Positions 12,201 through 25,900 of a DNA stretch of 64,000 nt are shown here, piece after piece (within the stretch, counting starts at the first letter, position 1; every line of letters starts with the position of its first letter). The notes beneath the pieces are model-generated. The model worked only from the letters and a program-made list of their open reading frames with translations. It was not told the origin of the DNA and searched no databases. This DNA is from Mantamonas sphyraenae STR306. Its lineage: Eukaryota > Protista > CRuMs. Both the position numbers and the translations under genes were made by a program. The stretch is taken from assembly GCA_026936335.1 (NCBI GenBank), contig JAPMXV010000001.1, positions 124,001-188,000 of the forward strand, written 5' to 3'.

Positions 12201-15200
12201 CGCTGGAATCCGTTCACGCGTGAAGGATTGCCGTCCACGCAGCCCACTCCCTTGTCGTCCACACACGTCCACGCGTACGCAAACTCAGACAAGCGCTGCG
12301 GGTCGTCCGGATCCAGGCTCAACCCGCCGTCCAGTACCAGTTCCGACGCCGTGCCGAATGTCGAACCTCCACCTGCCATGATGGCCGTGATGGGAGACGA
12401 GGCCACACTCACGTTGACACGCGACGTGCCACACAGCTCCAGCGGCACGCTGGCCGACTTTGGCATGCAGCCCGTGAGCTCAAATGTGTACTCCTGGCCC
12501 ACCACGAGCGAGTACGCAGGCACGTAAAGCTTGCGTGTCAAGCGCGTCGTGTCGTCCAGCTTCACGCTCGCTGCGTTCAAGCCCGCTGCAATGCGCCACG
12601 AAAACTTGAGCGAGTCCGACTGGGCACACGCACTCAATTCGGCACGTCCGTTCAGAGAGAACGGCTGCGCGCCGCGCTGGAAACGCCTTGCGTCGCCTTC
12701 GATGTTGATGGCCGGAATGGGAAACTGCGACTTGAAGATCTTGATGGTTGACGTGTCGCTCGTTCCGTTGAGGAAGTTCTGCACGCGCAACGAAAACGTG
12801 TGTGTCGCTGCAGCTTCCAGGTCGGTGGCGCCCAGAAGCAACACGGGACCCTTGAACGCGCGCACCTTGCCGATCATGCGGTTGTAGTACGCCGATGACA
12901 CTCCGTTCGGGTTCAAATCCCAGTTGAAGAGCATGGTACGTCCGCCCGAACCACGCGACAAACGCGCGTCAATTTCAGCCGCGTCGCAATCGCCCACCTC
13001 AGTGGGAGCCGAAATGACGGCTGTGGGCTTCAGCGGGTTGGCCGGCGCACGGATCAGCACCGAGCCCGTTGAGTACTCGATCAGGTCCTCGGGACCGCCC
13101 AATTCGCCCTCTTTGCGTCGCAGGCGCCCTCCACGCAGCTGCAGCGCTTGGTCGGGCTGCAGCGTGGTGAAACGGCTCGTGCGCACCGTCAGCGTGCGAT
13201 CGTCCTGAAACAGACACGACGTGCCCGACCCAAGCAGACCCATGGATGCGTCGTTGAAGATCAGTGCACAGTCAAAGATGTCCAACAGCTTGCCTCGATC
13301 GGTGTTGCGGTCAAATTCAATGATGATCTGTGCAGCCGTCGAGGTAAACACGCCGCCGACCGGCTTGGGCGCCTCGACGTAGTGACAGCGCGAGCCCGTC
13401 CAGCCGTAGTCGCACGCACATGTGCCGTCGTTTTGGCACAGGCCGTGGTTGGTGCAGTTGTTCACACATCCAATGGCTGGGCCCAGGCGGGTCGCAAACG
13501 TGGTCAGATGAGTGCACGTGCACAGCGTGTAGTCGTCCAGGTAGTCCACGACCTTGGGCGCAACACAGCCGTCGCGCACAAAACGCCCACGCACAGGATC
13601 CCACCATTCGCACGTGATCACCTCGTCCAGGGTCGCCTCGCGCCCAATGTACAGTGGCATGCGGATGGTGATGGGCGCAGCTTCAGAGAGGCCGCTCACG
13701 GACAGCTCCGTGCCGTTGCCACTTGTAAACTCCAGCGTTGTCAGCGGAGACGTGTAGTTGCGAGTGTCGTTGTTGCGTCCCTCGTACAGGTTGAATTCGG
13801 TGGACACAAGCTTCTGGTTCACGCAGTCGCTTGCAGGCACGCCCGCCGGCTTCAACACGCCCTGCGGCAGGTAGAACGCAGCCGAGCGTTGCGATCGCGT
13901 GTTGTTCACGTACTTCAGCTCCAGTGCACGTCCGTCGAAATCGCCTGGCTTGCGTCGCTGCACCGACGTCGACACCGCGTTTGTCGTCACGCGCATCTCC
14001 GTTTCGCCACACACGCGGTCCTTCAGCTGCTTGTCCAACACCTTGTTCAGCAGCTTTGTCGCCTGTTCCATCTTGGCGATGGCTTCTGGGCGACTGGCGT
14101 TGTTCTTGCGCACATTGAGCTCGTTGAACGATGCCAGGTTGCCGATCGTCAACGTCACCGACGTCGCCGCGTCCACATCCAGCACAGACTGCGCCTGTGT
14201 GATGTCCGTCACCAGCGTGTCCATCGTACTCAACATGGCGTCGGACAACGAGGGCGTCAGCTCGTCGGGCTTGTCTGCAACCAGCGACAGCAACTCGGCT
14301 TCGCGCTTCAGATCCGACGGGCTGCCTGCGCTCTTATTGCGCACGTCACGCACAACGTTGAACAGCTTGGTGCGGATTTCGCTCCTCTGGGATGCCTCTT
14401 GCTCGTTCACAGGCTCCTGCTGGCTGTTGAGTGTGGACGACACCACCGTGAGCAGCAGCGACACCTGCGCCTCGTTGCTCTGCTCCTGTGCGCTCGGAAT
14501 CATCTGATCCACGAGCGTGGTCAACAGGTAGTTCGTCAGCGCCACCTGCTGCTGCTGCTGCTGCACAACTTCTGGGTTGGGCGTGGCAGTAGGCGTCGGC
14601 GTCGGTGTGGCTGGTGTTGGCGTCGGCGTTGCGGTCGGCGTCGGTGTGTTTGTGCCATTGTTGGTTCCGTTGTTGCCTGGGCTGGGCGTGGCCGTGGCCG
14701 TAGGGACTGGCGTAGGCGTAGGCGTAGGTGTAGGCGTCGGCGTCGGCGCGGGCGTGGGAAACACAAATGGAGGCAGTACAATCACAAGAGGGGTGACCTG
14801 GATGTCCTGCGACAGGGTGGTGGTCGCACCAAGTCTGTCAGACACCACTGCCTTGAGTCGCATGGTGTTGTTGCCGAGCTGGCCCTGGGGCAGTGTGACG
14901 GAAACCTCGCTGGCGGCAGAGTTGAGCACAAGGCCCTTTGCGTTTGTGCTCAGCTCGTTGGGCGGCGTGTTGATGTCCAGCACGTTGTTCTCCATGTAGA
15001 AGCTGTACGTCAAGGGCAGGTCGGCGCTGTCGTCGACCCAGCTGACCATGCGCAGTGTAAACGTTTCGTTCACGGCCATGCCCACCTTGGGTGACACCTC
15101 GAAGCGACCTGCACTGGGTGCCTGGTTGACCACAATCTGTGTGATGGACGAGCCCTTGCCGTTTGTGTCGGTGGCCTCCAGCTTGAATTGGTAAATGGCG

Positions 15201-18200
15201 CCTCCGACAAGTGTGTTGGCGTTGATGACCAGCTCTGGGTTGTCTCGCGCAGTGGCCACCGAGTTTGGGTTGTTCAAATCAATGTCTCCCATGACCACGG
15301 TCCAAAGGTAGGTGATGGGGTCGTTGGTGGACGACACAGCTCCGCCAGAAATGACTGTGCGCTGTCGCGAATTGACTTTGCCCACCAGCTGCTGGATGGA
15401 CACCTGAGGGGGCGAGCCAGGCACAATGGTAATGGTCACACTCGTGTTGCTCTTGCGCAGGCCCTGCACGCCTGGCTTGACCACAGCCAGCGTCATCTCG
15501 TACTGGCCTTGGTCCAGCGTGGCATTCTGCACCGTCACGGTCAGATTGCTCGGCAGCGTGATGGCACACGGCTGGTCAAACCGGAACGTGTTCAAGTTCT
15601 GCTTGCGGCACTTCCAGGTGGCCGCAAAGGGCACTGTGTTTTGCGGATCGTCCGGATCCACGCTGGAGCTGCCGTCCAGCACCAAGTTCTGCGAGCGAGG
15701 CCACGTGCGCGAGCCGCCTGCAATCACGGCCTCCACGTCGCTGTTCACCACCGTCACGTTCACAGACGTGGTCGACGCCAGGTTGGTGCCGCGCACGGTA
15801 GCGGTCATGCTCACCTCAAACTCCTTGCCAAGGGCCATGGAGAACGCGGGCACGTTGAGCACACGCTGAGTGGACGACAGTTGGTCCAGAGTGTATGCTC
15901 CGTTGCCGCGAATGCCCCAGAGAAAATCAAGCACCGGGTTGGTTGCGCCGCATGACGAGGCCGTGCCCACGCCCTCGATGCTGATGCTCGATGCAAACTG
16001 CTTGGAGCGCGATTTGGAGCCCACAATGGACACGGACGGCAGCGGGAGCGAGGACTTGGCCACGCTGAGTGTGGTCGGTGCGCTGGTGCCGTTGAGGAAG
16101 TTCTCGACCACGAGGGTGATGTGGTACGTGGCGCCAGTGTCCAGATCGTCCGCGCCAAACTGCACCTCTTGGGTGGTGTCGGGCAATGCCGCGAGACGAG
16201 CCGCCTGCACAGAGGTGCTGTTGGTGATGGGCGTGGACGTGATGCTCCACGTGTGCCTGAGTGCAAAGGCGCCGCCTCCTGTCGATGAGCGTGCGTCGAC
16301 CTTGAATGCGTCGCAGAAGCCGATCTGGGCGGGTCCTGTAAGCACGGCAGTGGGCACCAGCGGGTTGTCTGGCGCAAGGACGCTCATCTCGATGTCTGTG
16401 AAGTACGGGTACAGGTTGAGGTCGTTGGACGCGCCGAAGCCCTGCAGCACGTCGTCCTTCATGATGAGCTGTGTGCCCACCTGCACCTGGTTGTTGATGT
16501 CCAGTGTGACAATCATGTTCTGGTTGTCCTGCCAGAAGCATTCGGAGGAGCCCAGGATGTTGTTGGATGCGGCGGTAAACACCTGTGCGCACGAGCCCAC
16601 GCCAGTCATGCCGGCGCGGTTGGTTGGCCGATCGTAACTGATGAAGATCTTTGAGGCTGCGTCGGAAAACTTGGCCAAAGAGACGAGCTTGGGCGGCGGG
16701 AAGAAGTAGCTGAAAGCGGCGCTACTTGCGGTGTACAGCGTGCCACTGAGGGTGATGCGCACAGGCACGGTGAGTGGCTCGGTGCGCGAGCCCGAGTTGC
16801 ACTGCATGGCAGTTCCGTTGATGAATAGGGCGGGCACGACGACGGTGCCGAAACTGCAGAAGAGTTTGGTGCCGTTGATGAAGTTTTGGCCCTTGACAAC
16901 GACGGCCACAGGGTCGTCAAAGGCAGTGCGAGAGGGATAGACCCCAAACACCTCGGGACAGGTGCTGTTGTCTCCGTCGCAGACACCGCAGTAGTCAAAG
17001 ACCTTGCCTGAGTACGGCACGCCGTCGCAGCCTGCACACACGCTGTTGTCGCCGTCGCAAATGCCACATCCATCGTACCGCTTGCCCGAGAAGGGCACAA
17101 AGTCGCAGCCGATGCATGTGCTGTTGTCTCCGCCGCAAACACCGCAGGCGTCGTACTGCTTGGTGGAGAACAGGATGCCGTCACAGTTCTGGCATCCCGT
17201 GCCGTCTCCGTCACATACACCACAGACGTCGTAGATCTTGAGTGAATTAGGCACGCCGTCGCAGCCTTTGCATGTGCTGTTGTCTCCTCCACACAGTCCG
17301 CAGGCGTCGTACTTCCTGCCCGAGTTTGGCACAAAGTCGCAACCGAGGCATGTTGTGTTGTCGCCTCCACACACGCCGCACGAGTCGACGGTCTTGCCCG
17401 AGAAGAAGACGTTGTCGCAGCCGAGGCAGGTGCTGTTGTCGCCGCCACAGATGTTGCAGCCGTCGAGGACGATTCCCGAGTATGGCACGCCGTCGCAGCC
17501 TGCACAGGTGCTGTTGTCACCTCCGCAGATGCCGCATCCGTCGTACACGAGGCCCGAGTCGGCGAGGCGATCGCAACCTGCACAGACAAAGCGACCTTGG
17601 CCTTCGCAGACGTAGTCGTCGTACCAGAGATTTTCGCGGATGGAGTAGCGCCAGAGGTCGTTTACCTTTTGTCCGGTTCTCAGGAGACCTCCTTGGATGT
17701 GTAAGGAGCTTTTGACAGCGGCCATGACGGTGGAGGCACGTGCGAGCGGAGGCAGGTTGCCTGCGACGAGGCGTGCCCATCGATGAAGGTCAAAGTCGAA
17801 CGCGTAGAGGTCGTTGAGAAATACGTCTCCGTTCCTGCCGCCAAAGACGTACACTCGGTTACCGTAGATGGCAGCAGAGTGGGAAGCGCGAGGGCCGGGA
17901 TAGATGCGAAAGTTGACGGTGACGTTTGCTCGGTACGGGGTGATGTACGAGACGTTGCAGTAGACACTCTGGCATGTTGTTGTGTTGCAAATGGTGAGGT
18001 TGCAGAGGGAGCGCAGAGTGCAGTTGGACACGTCGAGGCCGGTGACGTTTTGCGGGCAGAGGAGGTCTGTGCTGACGTTGACGACGTGGTGGTCGATGCG
18101 CTCGAGTTCTACCTCGACCACCTTGCTGTAGATGAAGGGAAGGATGGGAAGCCAGGTGCGGTTTGCCATTTGGAAGCACCAGAAATCGTCGAGGTGCCTG

Positions 18201-19813
18201 TAGGCGTCCTGCTTGGCATCCTTGAACTGGCGGCCGCCGTGGATGCAGAGTTGGCCCTTGAAGGTGAACATGACGTGCTGTCCTCTGACAGCAGGTAGTT
18301 GCGAGTCTGGGTGCGGTTGTATCTGGGTCCAGGAGTCGGCAGCAAAGTCGTAGCGCCAGAGATCGTTCAGGAACTTGCGGACCTCGCTGATTTCCTGGGT
18401 CTGCGGGTCGACGCTCTTGTTACGATGGTAACCGCCAAACAGGTACATGGAGTTGCCAAACTGGACGGCAGCATGGTCCATGCGCTGCACTGGGTCAGCC
18501 GAGCTTTCCTTGTTGTACGGCGGCGACCATTGTTTTGTTTCTGTGCGGAAGCGCGTGGAGGTGTGAGTCGAACATGGAGAGAGGGAGAGAGGGAGGACTA
18601 GGTGGAGATCTGGGAGTTGGGAGAAAGGCGGGGACGGGAGGAGAGCGGAGGGGACCTGCAGGCACGTGGAGTCTCCGTGTGCAAACGGGACGCGCAAAGG
18701 TAGGTTGTGGGTGATGGACGTACCAATTGTGAAGCGTCGAAGTGTGTCGTCGGTCTTGTTTTCGATAGTCTCGCCGCCAAAGGAGTAGACAGAGCCGCCA
18801 TAGACGACGATGGAGTGACGTGCCTTTGGCATGATCATGGGATCGTAGCGAGGCGGATTGATGTAGGAACCGTTGTTCGCTGGTATGGACGGCATTGAGA
18901 GAGGGATGTGTGTAGCATGTGTGGTGGTTTTGCGAGTGTGAGAAGGGAGAGTGAGGGGTCAAAGAGGGAGAAAACTGCCGGTTGGCAGGCAGGCAGGCGT
19001 TTCTCACCAGTTACACGCCATTCGTCGACGTTGCCGACCTCCTTCTTGTAGGAGTCCTCTCCACCGAGGATGAGCATGGCTGTGCCGTACACGCCGAGAC
19101 CTTGGCCCGAGCGTGGGACGGGTGTACATGTGGAGTTGGTGCCATTCTGTGGTGTGGGGCCCAGAGGAGAGAGCACGTGTGCGTGTGAGCGCGAAGGAAC
19201 AGACGACAGCGAGTGGCGCAGGGGAGGTGGGGGGAGGAAGCGAGACCACAGCGAGGGTGGGATCGCATGGGACGGCCTCGTAGGTGCACACAGGGACGCT
19301 GGAGGAGGGAAATATGGAGCACAGATGCGTGTGTGGGGTCACGCAGGCGGGGCGTGGAGGGAGTCCGGAAAAAAACGGGGCAAATCACGGACAGGTGCGA
19401 AGCGGAAAGGGCCGGTGGAGCGGGCATGGAGGAGTTGCATACAGCAAACAGATGATGAAACGGGAGGAGGGGATATGGTGGGAGGTATGGACACATGGAG
19501 AATGGACACAACTTACGCAGACTCCACAGATGTCAACGACAAGGCCCGAGTAGGGAACGCCGTCGCAGCCGCCACATGTGGAATTGTCGCCTGCACAGAC
19601 ACCACAGCCGTCGTACACCTTGCCGGAGCCCTGTACTCCATCGCAACCAGGGCATGTTGTGTTGTCGCCGTCGCAGACGCCGCAGATGTCGTATGTCTTG
19701 ATTGGGCCTGTGGAAAGGCCGTCGCAGCCGGCGGCTTGCGCGGGCTGGGCGAGCAGCAGGCTCGCTGTGACGTACACGAGACACAAGTATGGAAGCAGAA
19801 GCAAAATGCGCAT
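9245..19813 (-). CDS. Giant polycystin-1/PKDREJ-like membrane protein (~3295 aa): signal peptide, Cys-rich repeats, kelch, IPT/TIG, REJ-GAIN/GPS, EGF, REJ-GAIN/GPS, ~5 TM, RG-rich tail
   Basis: Exons 19517-19813, 19008-19146, 18724-18879, 9245-18540. Signal peptide MRILLLLPYL..AQA; kelch FGG/LW repeats; LDGSSSVDPD and LDGGLSLDPD REJ motifs; GPS motifs CTCTHLTTF and CECTHLTTF. Confidence 0.88.
14577..14760 (-). repeat. Pro/Thr-rich mucin-like linker (PTPTPT)
   Basis: Low-complexity (PT)n in the ORF, between the first REJ and the first GAIN region. Confidence 0.85.
16960..17585 (-). repeat. Eight tandem 26-aa (78-nt) Cys-rich repeats GCDG..SG..D.CG.C.GDNSTC (three more in exons 1-2)
   Basis: Directly visible in the translation. 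Confidence 0.9.
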
Positions 19814-19910
19814 ACTTGCCACGTGATGTGTGTGTAATATGGAGTTGGTTGTAGCTTTTGGATGCGCAGACCGAGGCATACGAAAAACGACACAACCAAG
19901 CCGCACGAAC

Positions 19911-22900
19911 ATGGCTTCGACACACACCAAGCTCTTTGTGGTGCTTGTGGCTTTGATGACCAGCCTGGCGGTGCCTGCAGCACACGCCCAAGGCATGCAG
20001 AGCCTGTGTATCAACTGTCAAAGCGAACACGGCCAGTTGTACGTCGATTGGAACGAAACTTCCGGATCCAACACAGGTAGGTGAAAGTTGCAGGGTAGAC
20101 GTTGCACACGCATACAGGCGGCACCATAGCGCAGGTGGACCAAGACGTGGACATGTGCGCGCGGAAGAGGATTTTGCGGCGATAGGGAGCTGCAGGTGTT
20201 GCGAAACGCTGCTGCACGACAGCCGCCGTTTTTTTTCTCACGCATTAGGTTTCCGGACCAGGCAGGCGAGTGGCATCTGCGGACGAATGAAACTGACACA
20301 CGCAAACTGCACACAGACACATCCTTCCGCATTGCGGTGCAAGATGGCACACAACAGATGGCCACGGCGCTGATGGCCAAAACCAGTGGGGTGACGCTTT
20401 ATGGTGGGTTTTTGGTGGTGCGGGAGACACATTGGCGCGGGAGCAATGTGGTCGAGAGAAAGTGGCCAAAAGCTGGGAGACAGTGGCGATGCAAGACATC
20501 GCGAGGTGGTGCAGCCTGCGTGCGCAATGTGCATGGACATGTACACAGTATCATGCGTGCACATGGATGCGTGTGGCGTGTGTGGGGCCCGTGCAAGGAG
20601 ATGCAGGAAAGAAGAGGGCCTGGCAGGCGTTTTTGCAGTGCGAAACTGACCCGGAAAACGAACACATACACACAGGCACGACCAATCTGGAAACACTGGA
20701 GTGCACAAGCGTGCAACTCACGAATCTGACCATCCAAGGAAACACACTGCAAGCAACCGATCCCAACGGGGACATTGTTCTGGTACCGAAAGGAAGCGGC
20801 GCCGTGAAACTGGCCGGGAACAAACGACTGGACCTCACAGGAGTCACGCTGGTGATGGACGACGATGCAATCAGCGGCGACAAGATTGAGGGAGGTACCA
20901 TCAACGCAATCACAATCAACACACTCACATCGACGACGATCAACGTGGGACAGCTGCGCCTGACGGGCGACACGCTGAGCAACACAGCAGCCAACGGGGA
21001 CATTGTACTCAGCCCCAATGGCTCTGGTGTGGTGCGCCTCGCATCTGGAAAGACTCTGGACCTTACTGGCAGCACCCTGGTTGTCCCAGACAACTTTATC
21101 AGTGGCGACAAGGTGGAAGGAGGCACCATCAACGCAATCGCCATCAACACGCTGACTTCGGGTCAGGTGACCGTGGACAACCTGCGCCTGGACGGAAACA
21201 CTCTCTCCTCGCTCACAGGCAGCCTGACACTGCGCACAAACGACGGCAGCGCCGTCATTGTGCCTGCGGGCGAGACTCTGGACGTGAGCGCGGCCACCCT
21301 TACGCTGGCCGACAACCAGATTAGCGGAGACAAGATCAACGGAGGCACAGTCGACGAACTGCGCATCACACGCCTCAACAGCTCCGAAACAGACATCGGC
21401 ACTCTGCATCTGCAGGGTGACACCATCAGCACCGTAGGCGACAACCAAGACATCGTCCTGTCGCCCAAGTCGACCACAGCTCGTGTACGTGTGCAAGCAT
21501 CGCACACCATGGCCTTCTCCGGCGCCACTCTGGACCTTACTGGCGGCACACTCGTGTTGGACAACGACGAGATCAGCGGTGACAAGGTGGAGGGAGGCAC
21601 CATCAACGCCATCACCATCAACACGCTGACATCTGGCCAAGTCAACGCTGACAACCTGCGCTTGGACGGCAACACAGTGAGCTCGACCAATGCCAACGGA
21701 CACATCGTGCTCACGCCCAACGGAGCGGGCAACGTCGTGGTCACAGTCGGTAAATCCCTGGACCTCACGGGCGCCACACTCATCCTGGACAACGACGAGA
21801 TCAGCGGCGACAAGGTGGAGGGAGGCACCATCAACGCCATCACCATCAACACGCTGACTTCTGGCCAAGTCAACGCTGACAACGTGCGCCTGGACAACAA
21901 CGAGGTGAGCACCATCAGCGGCAACCAAGACTTGCGACTGAACGCAGACGGCACGGGCCAGGTGCGCGTGGTCAGCGGCAAGGTGCTCAACGCCTCGTCG
22001 ACAACAGTGGACATGCGCTACAGCGTGGTGCTTCTGGACGACGACGAAATCAGCGGAGACAAGGTGGAAGGAGGCACCATCAACGCCATCACCATCAACA
22101 CGCTGACCTCGGGCCAAGTCAACGCAGACAACCTGCGCCTGGATGGAAACACGCTCATGTCAACCGACACCAACGGCAACATCGTGCTCACACCCAACGG
22201 AGGCGGCCAGGTGGTTGTTACGCCTGGCAAGACGCTGGTGTTGACAGGTGCCACGTGGTGTTGGACGACGACGAGATCAGCGGTGACAAGGTGGAAGGAG
22301 GCACCATCAACGCAATCACCATCAACACGCTGACTTCCGGTCAGGTCAACGCAGACAACCTGCGCTTGGACGGCAACTCAGTGACCTCGACAGATGCCAA
22401 CGGACACATCGTGCTCACGCCCAACGGCGCTGGCAACGTCGTGGTCACAGCTGGCAAGTCGCTGGACCTCACGGGAGCCACGCTCATCCTGGACAACGAC
22501 GAGATCAGCGGTGACAAGGTGGAAGGGCGGCACGATCAACGCCATCACCATCAACACGCTGACCTCGGGCCAGGTCAACGCAGACAACCTGCGCATGGAC
22601 GGCAACACTCTCTCGTCGACCGACGCCAACGGACACATCGTGCTCACGCCCAACGGCGCAGGCAACGTCGTGGTCACAGCTGGCAAGTCTCTGGACCTCA
22701 CGGGAGCCACGCTCATCCTCGACAACGATGAGATCAGCGGCGACAAGGTGGAAGGAGGCACGATCAACGCCATCACCATCAACACCCTGACCTCGGGCCA
22801 GGTCAACGCAGACAACCTGCGCATGGACGGCAACACTCTCTCGTCGACCGACGCCAACGGAAACATCATCCTGACGCCCAACGGCTCTGGCAACGTGACG

Positions 22901-25900
22901 ATCACACCCGGAAAGACGCTCGACTTGACCAACGCCACACTCATCCTCGACGACGACGAGATCAGCGGTGACAAGGTGGAAGGCGGTACGATCAACGCCA
23001 TCACCATCAACACGCTGACGTCTGGCCAAGTGAACGCAGACAACCTGCGTCTGGACAACAACCGCATCTCGGTGACCAACGTGGACGGCAACTTGTACTT
23101 GACTGCCAACGGCCAGGGTGAGATCATTTTCGAGCACGGAAACACGCTCAACATGACCAACACAACCCTGATTCTGGACGACGACGAAATCAGTGGCGAC
23201 AAGGTGGAGGGAGGCACCATCAACGCCATCACCATCAACACGCTGACGTCTGGCCAGGTCAACGCAGACAACCTGCGCATGGACGGCAACACTCTCTCGT
23301 CGACCAACGCCAACGGACACATCGTGCTCACACCCAACGCGGGCAGGCAACGTCGTTCTCACGGCCGGCCACTCGCTGGACCTTACGGGAGCCACGCTCA
23401 TCCTGGACAACGACGAGATCAGCGGTGACAAGGTGGAAGGCGGCACGATCAACGCCATCACCATCAACACCCTGACCTCGGGCCAGGTCAACGCAGACAA
23501 CCTGCGCATGGACGGCAACACTCTCTCGTCGACCGACGCCAACGGACACATCATCCTGACGCCCAACGGCGCGGGCAAGGTGATCATCACACCCGGCAAG
23601 ACGCTCGACTTGACCAACGCCACACTCATCCTCGACGACGACGAGATCAGCGGTGACAAGGTGGAGGGAGGCACCATTGACGAGATCACCATCAACGTGC
23701 TCACGTCCCAACAGATCGATGCAGACAACCTGCGCTTCGACGGAAACACCATTTCGTCGACCAACGCAGGAGGCGACATCATCTTTGCTCCCGCACACGC
23801 CCTGAAACTGGCCGAGAACCGCACCTTTGACATGACCAACACCACGCTGCTCCTCGACGACGACGAGATCAGCGGAGACAAGGTGGAAGGCGGCACGATC
23901 AACAACATCACCATCCGACATATGTTCTCCGAATACGTCCAAGTGGACAACCTGCAACTGGACGGCAACTCTATCTCCGCCTTGGACCCCAACGGGTCGA
24001 TCTACATTATGCCTTCGGGCAGTGGACGCCTCGTGCTGCAACCTGGCCATGACTTTGACCTGCGCAACACCACGCTGCTGCTCGACGACGACGAGATCAG
24101 CGGAGACAAGGTGGAAGGTGGCACGATCACGAACATCACCATCACCACTCTGTACTCTGGCCAAGTCAACGTGGACAACTTGCGTCTGGATGGCAACACA
24201 CTGAGCGCTCTCAACGCCAACGGGGACGTCGTTCTTCAACCAGACGGCACAGGCCGTGTTTACGTGACCACTCGCTTCCAGGTGGACAATCTGCACATGG
24301 ACGCCAACGTGATCTCCTCTGTGGGCAGCAACCAGATTGTCCTTGCACCCAACGGCACGGGCAAGGTTGTGATCAACCCGGGCTCCACGTTGGACCTCAC
24401 CAGCACCACGCTGCTGCTCGACGACGACGAAATCCACGGCGACAAGGTGGAGGGCGGCACCATCAACGCCATCACCATCAACACGCTGTACTCGGGCCAG
24501 GTCAACACAGACAACCTGCGCCTCGACGGCAACACGCTGAGTACGACGTCGGGCAACCTCATTTTCAACCCCAGTGGTAGCCAGGTGGTCTTTCAGCCGG
24601 GCAAGAACATCGACCTGCGCGGCACGACGCTGCTGTTGGACAACGACGAGATCAGCGGTGACAAGATCGAAGGTGGCACCATCAGCTCGATCACCATCAA
24701 CACGCTGAGTAACACCAATCTCCAGTCGATCACCATCAACGCTCTCACCGTCTCTGCGCTTACTGGCTCCATCACAACAGCCACTGCGGGCATTCTCACT
24801 GTGGACGAGCTGCAGCTCAACGGTCAGACCATCAGCACCGTGTCGCAGAACGCCGATTTGATCCTGGATCCTCAGGGCGGTGGCAAGGTTGTCGTGACCG
24901 CAGGCAAGTCGCTGGACCTTACTGGCGCCACCCTGGTGTTGGACAACGACGAAATCAGCGGTGACAAGGTGGAGGGAGGCACGATCAACGCCATCACCAT
25001 CAACACGCTGACTTCCGGTCAGGTCAACGCAGACAACCTGCGCATGGACGGCAACACCCTCTCGTCGACCAACGCCAACGGACACATCGTGCTCACACCC
25101 AACGGGGCAGGCAACGTCGTTCTCACGGCCGGCCACTCGCTGGACCTCACGGGAGCCACGCTCATCCTGGATGATGACGAGATCAGCGGTGACAAGGTGG
25201 AGGGCGGCACCATCAACGCCATCACCATCAACACGCTGACCAACACCGAGTCGACCATCGGGAACCTGTACATGGCTGAGAACAACTTGACGACAACCCA
25301 GGTCAACGGTACAATCAACATTGTGCCGAACGGAGCAGGCTGGCTGGTTGTGCAGCCAGGCACCACGGTGGACTTGCGCATGACGACACTGTTGCTGGAC
25401 GACGACGAGATCAGCGGTGACAAGGTGGAAGGCGGCACGATCGACGCCATCAACATCACGCAGCTGACCAACACCGAGAGCGTGATTGGCAACCTGCGCA
25501 TGGAAGGCAACAACATTAGCGCCGTAAACGCTGGCGGCGACATTGTGCTTGTTCCCGCAGAGGGTGGTGCCGTTGTGGTCACGCCTGGGCGTACCCTGGA
25601 TCTGCGTGGTGTGACGGTCCTCCTGTCCAACGACAGTATTTCGGCCGATTCCGTGGAGGGCGGCGTGGTTGAGAGCATGCAGGTCAACTCGCTCACCAGC
25701 ACGCTGCTCAACATCGACGGCATGATCTTGGCCAACAACAGCATCACTGTGGACACGCCCAACGCAGATCTCGTGCTGAGCGCAGATGGCACAGGCAAGA
25801 TTGTGTTTGCTGCCAGCAAGACGGTGGATCTGCGTGGCAACACCCTGCTGCTGGACGACGACGAGATCAGCGGCGACAAGGTGGAAGGCGGCACGATCAG

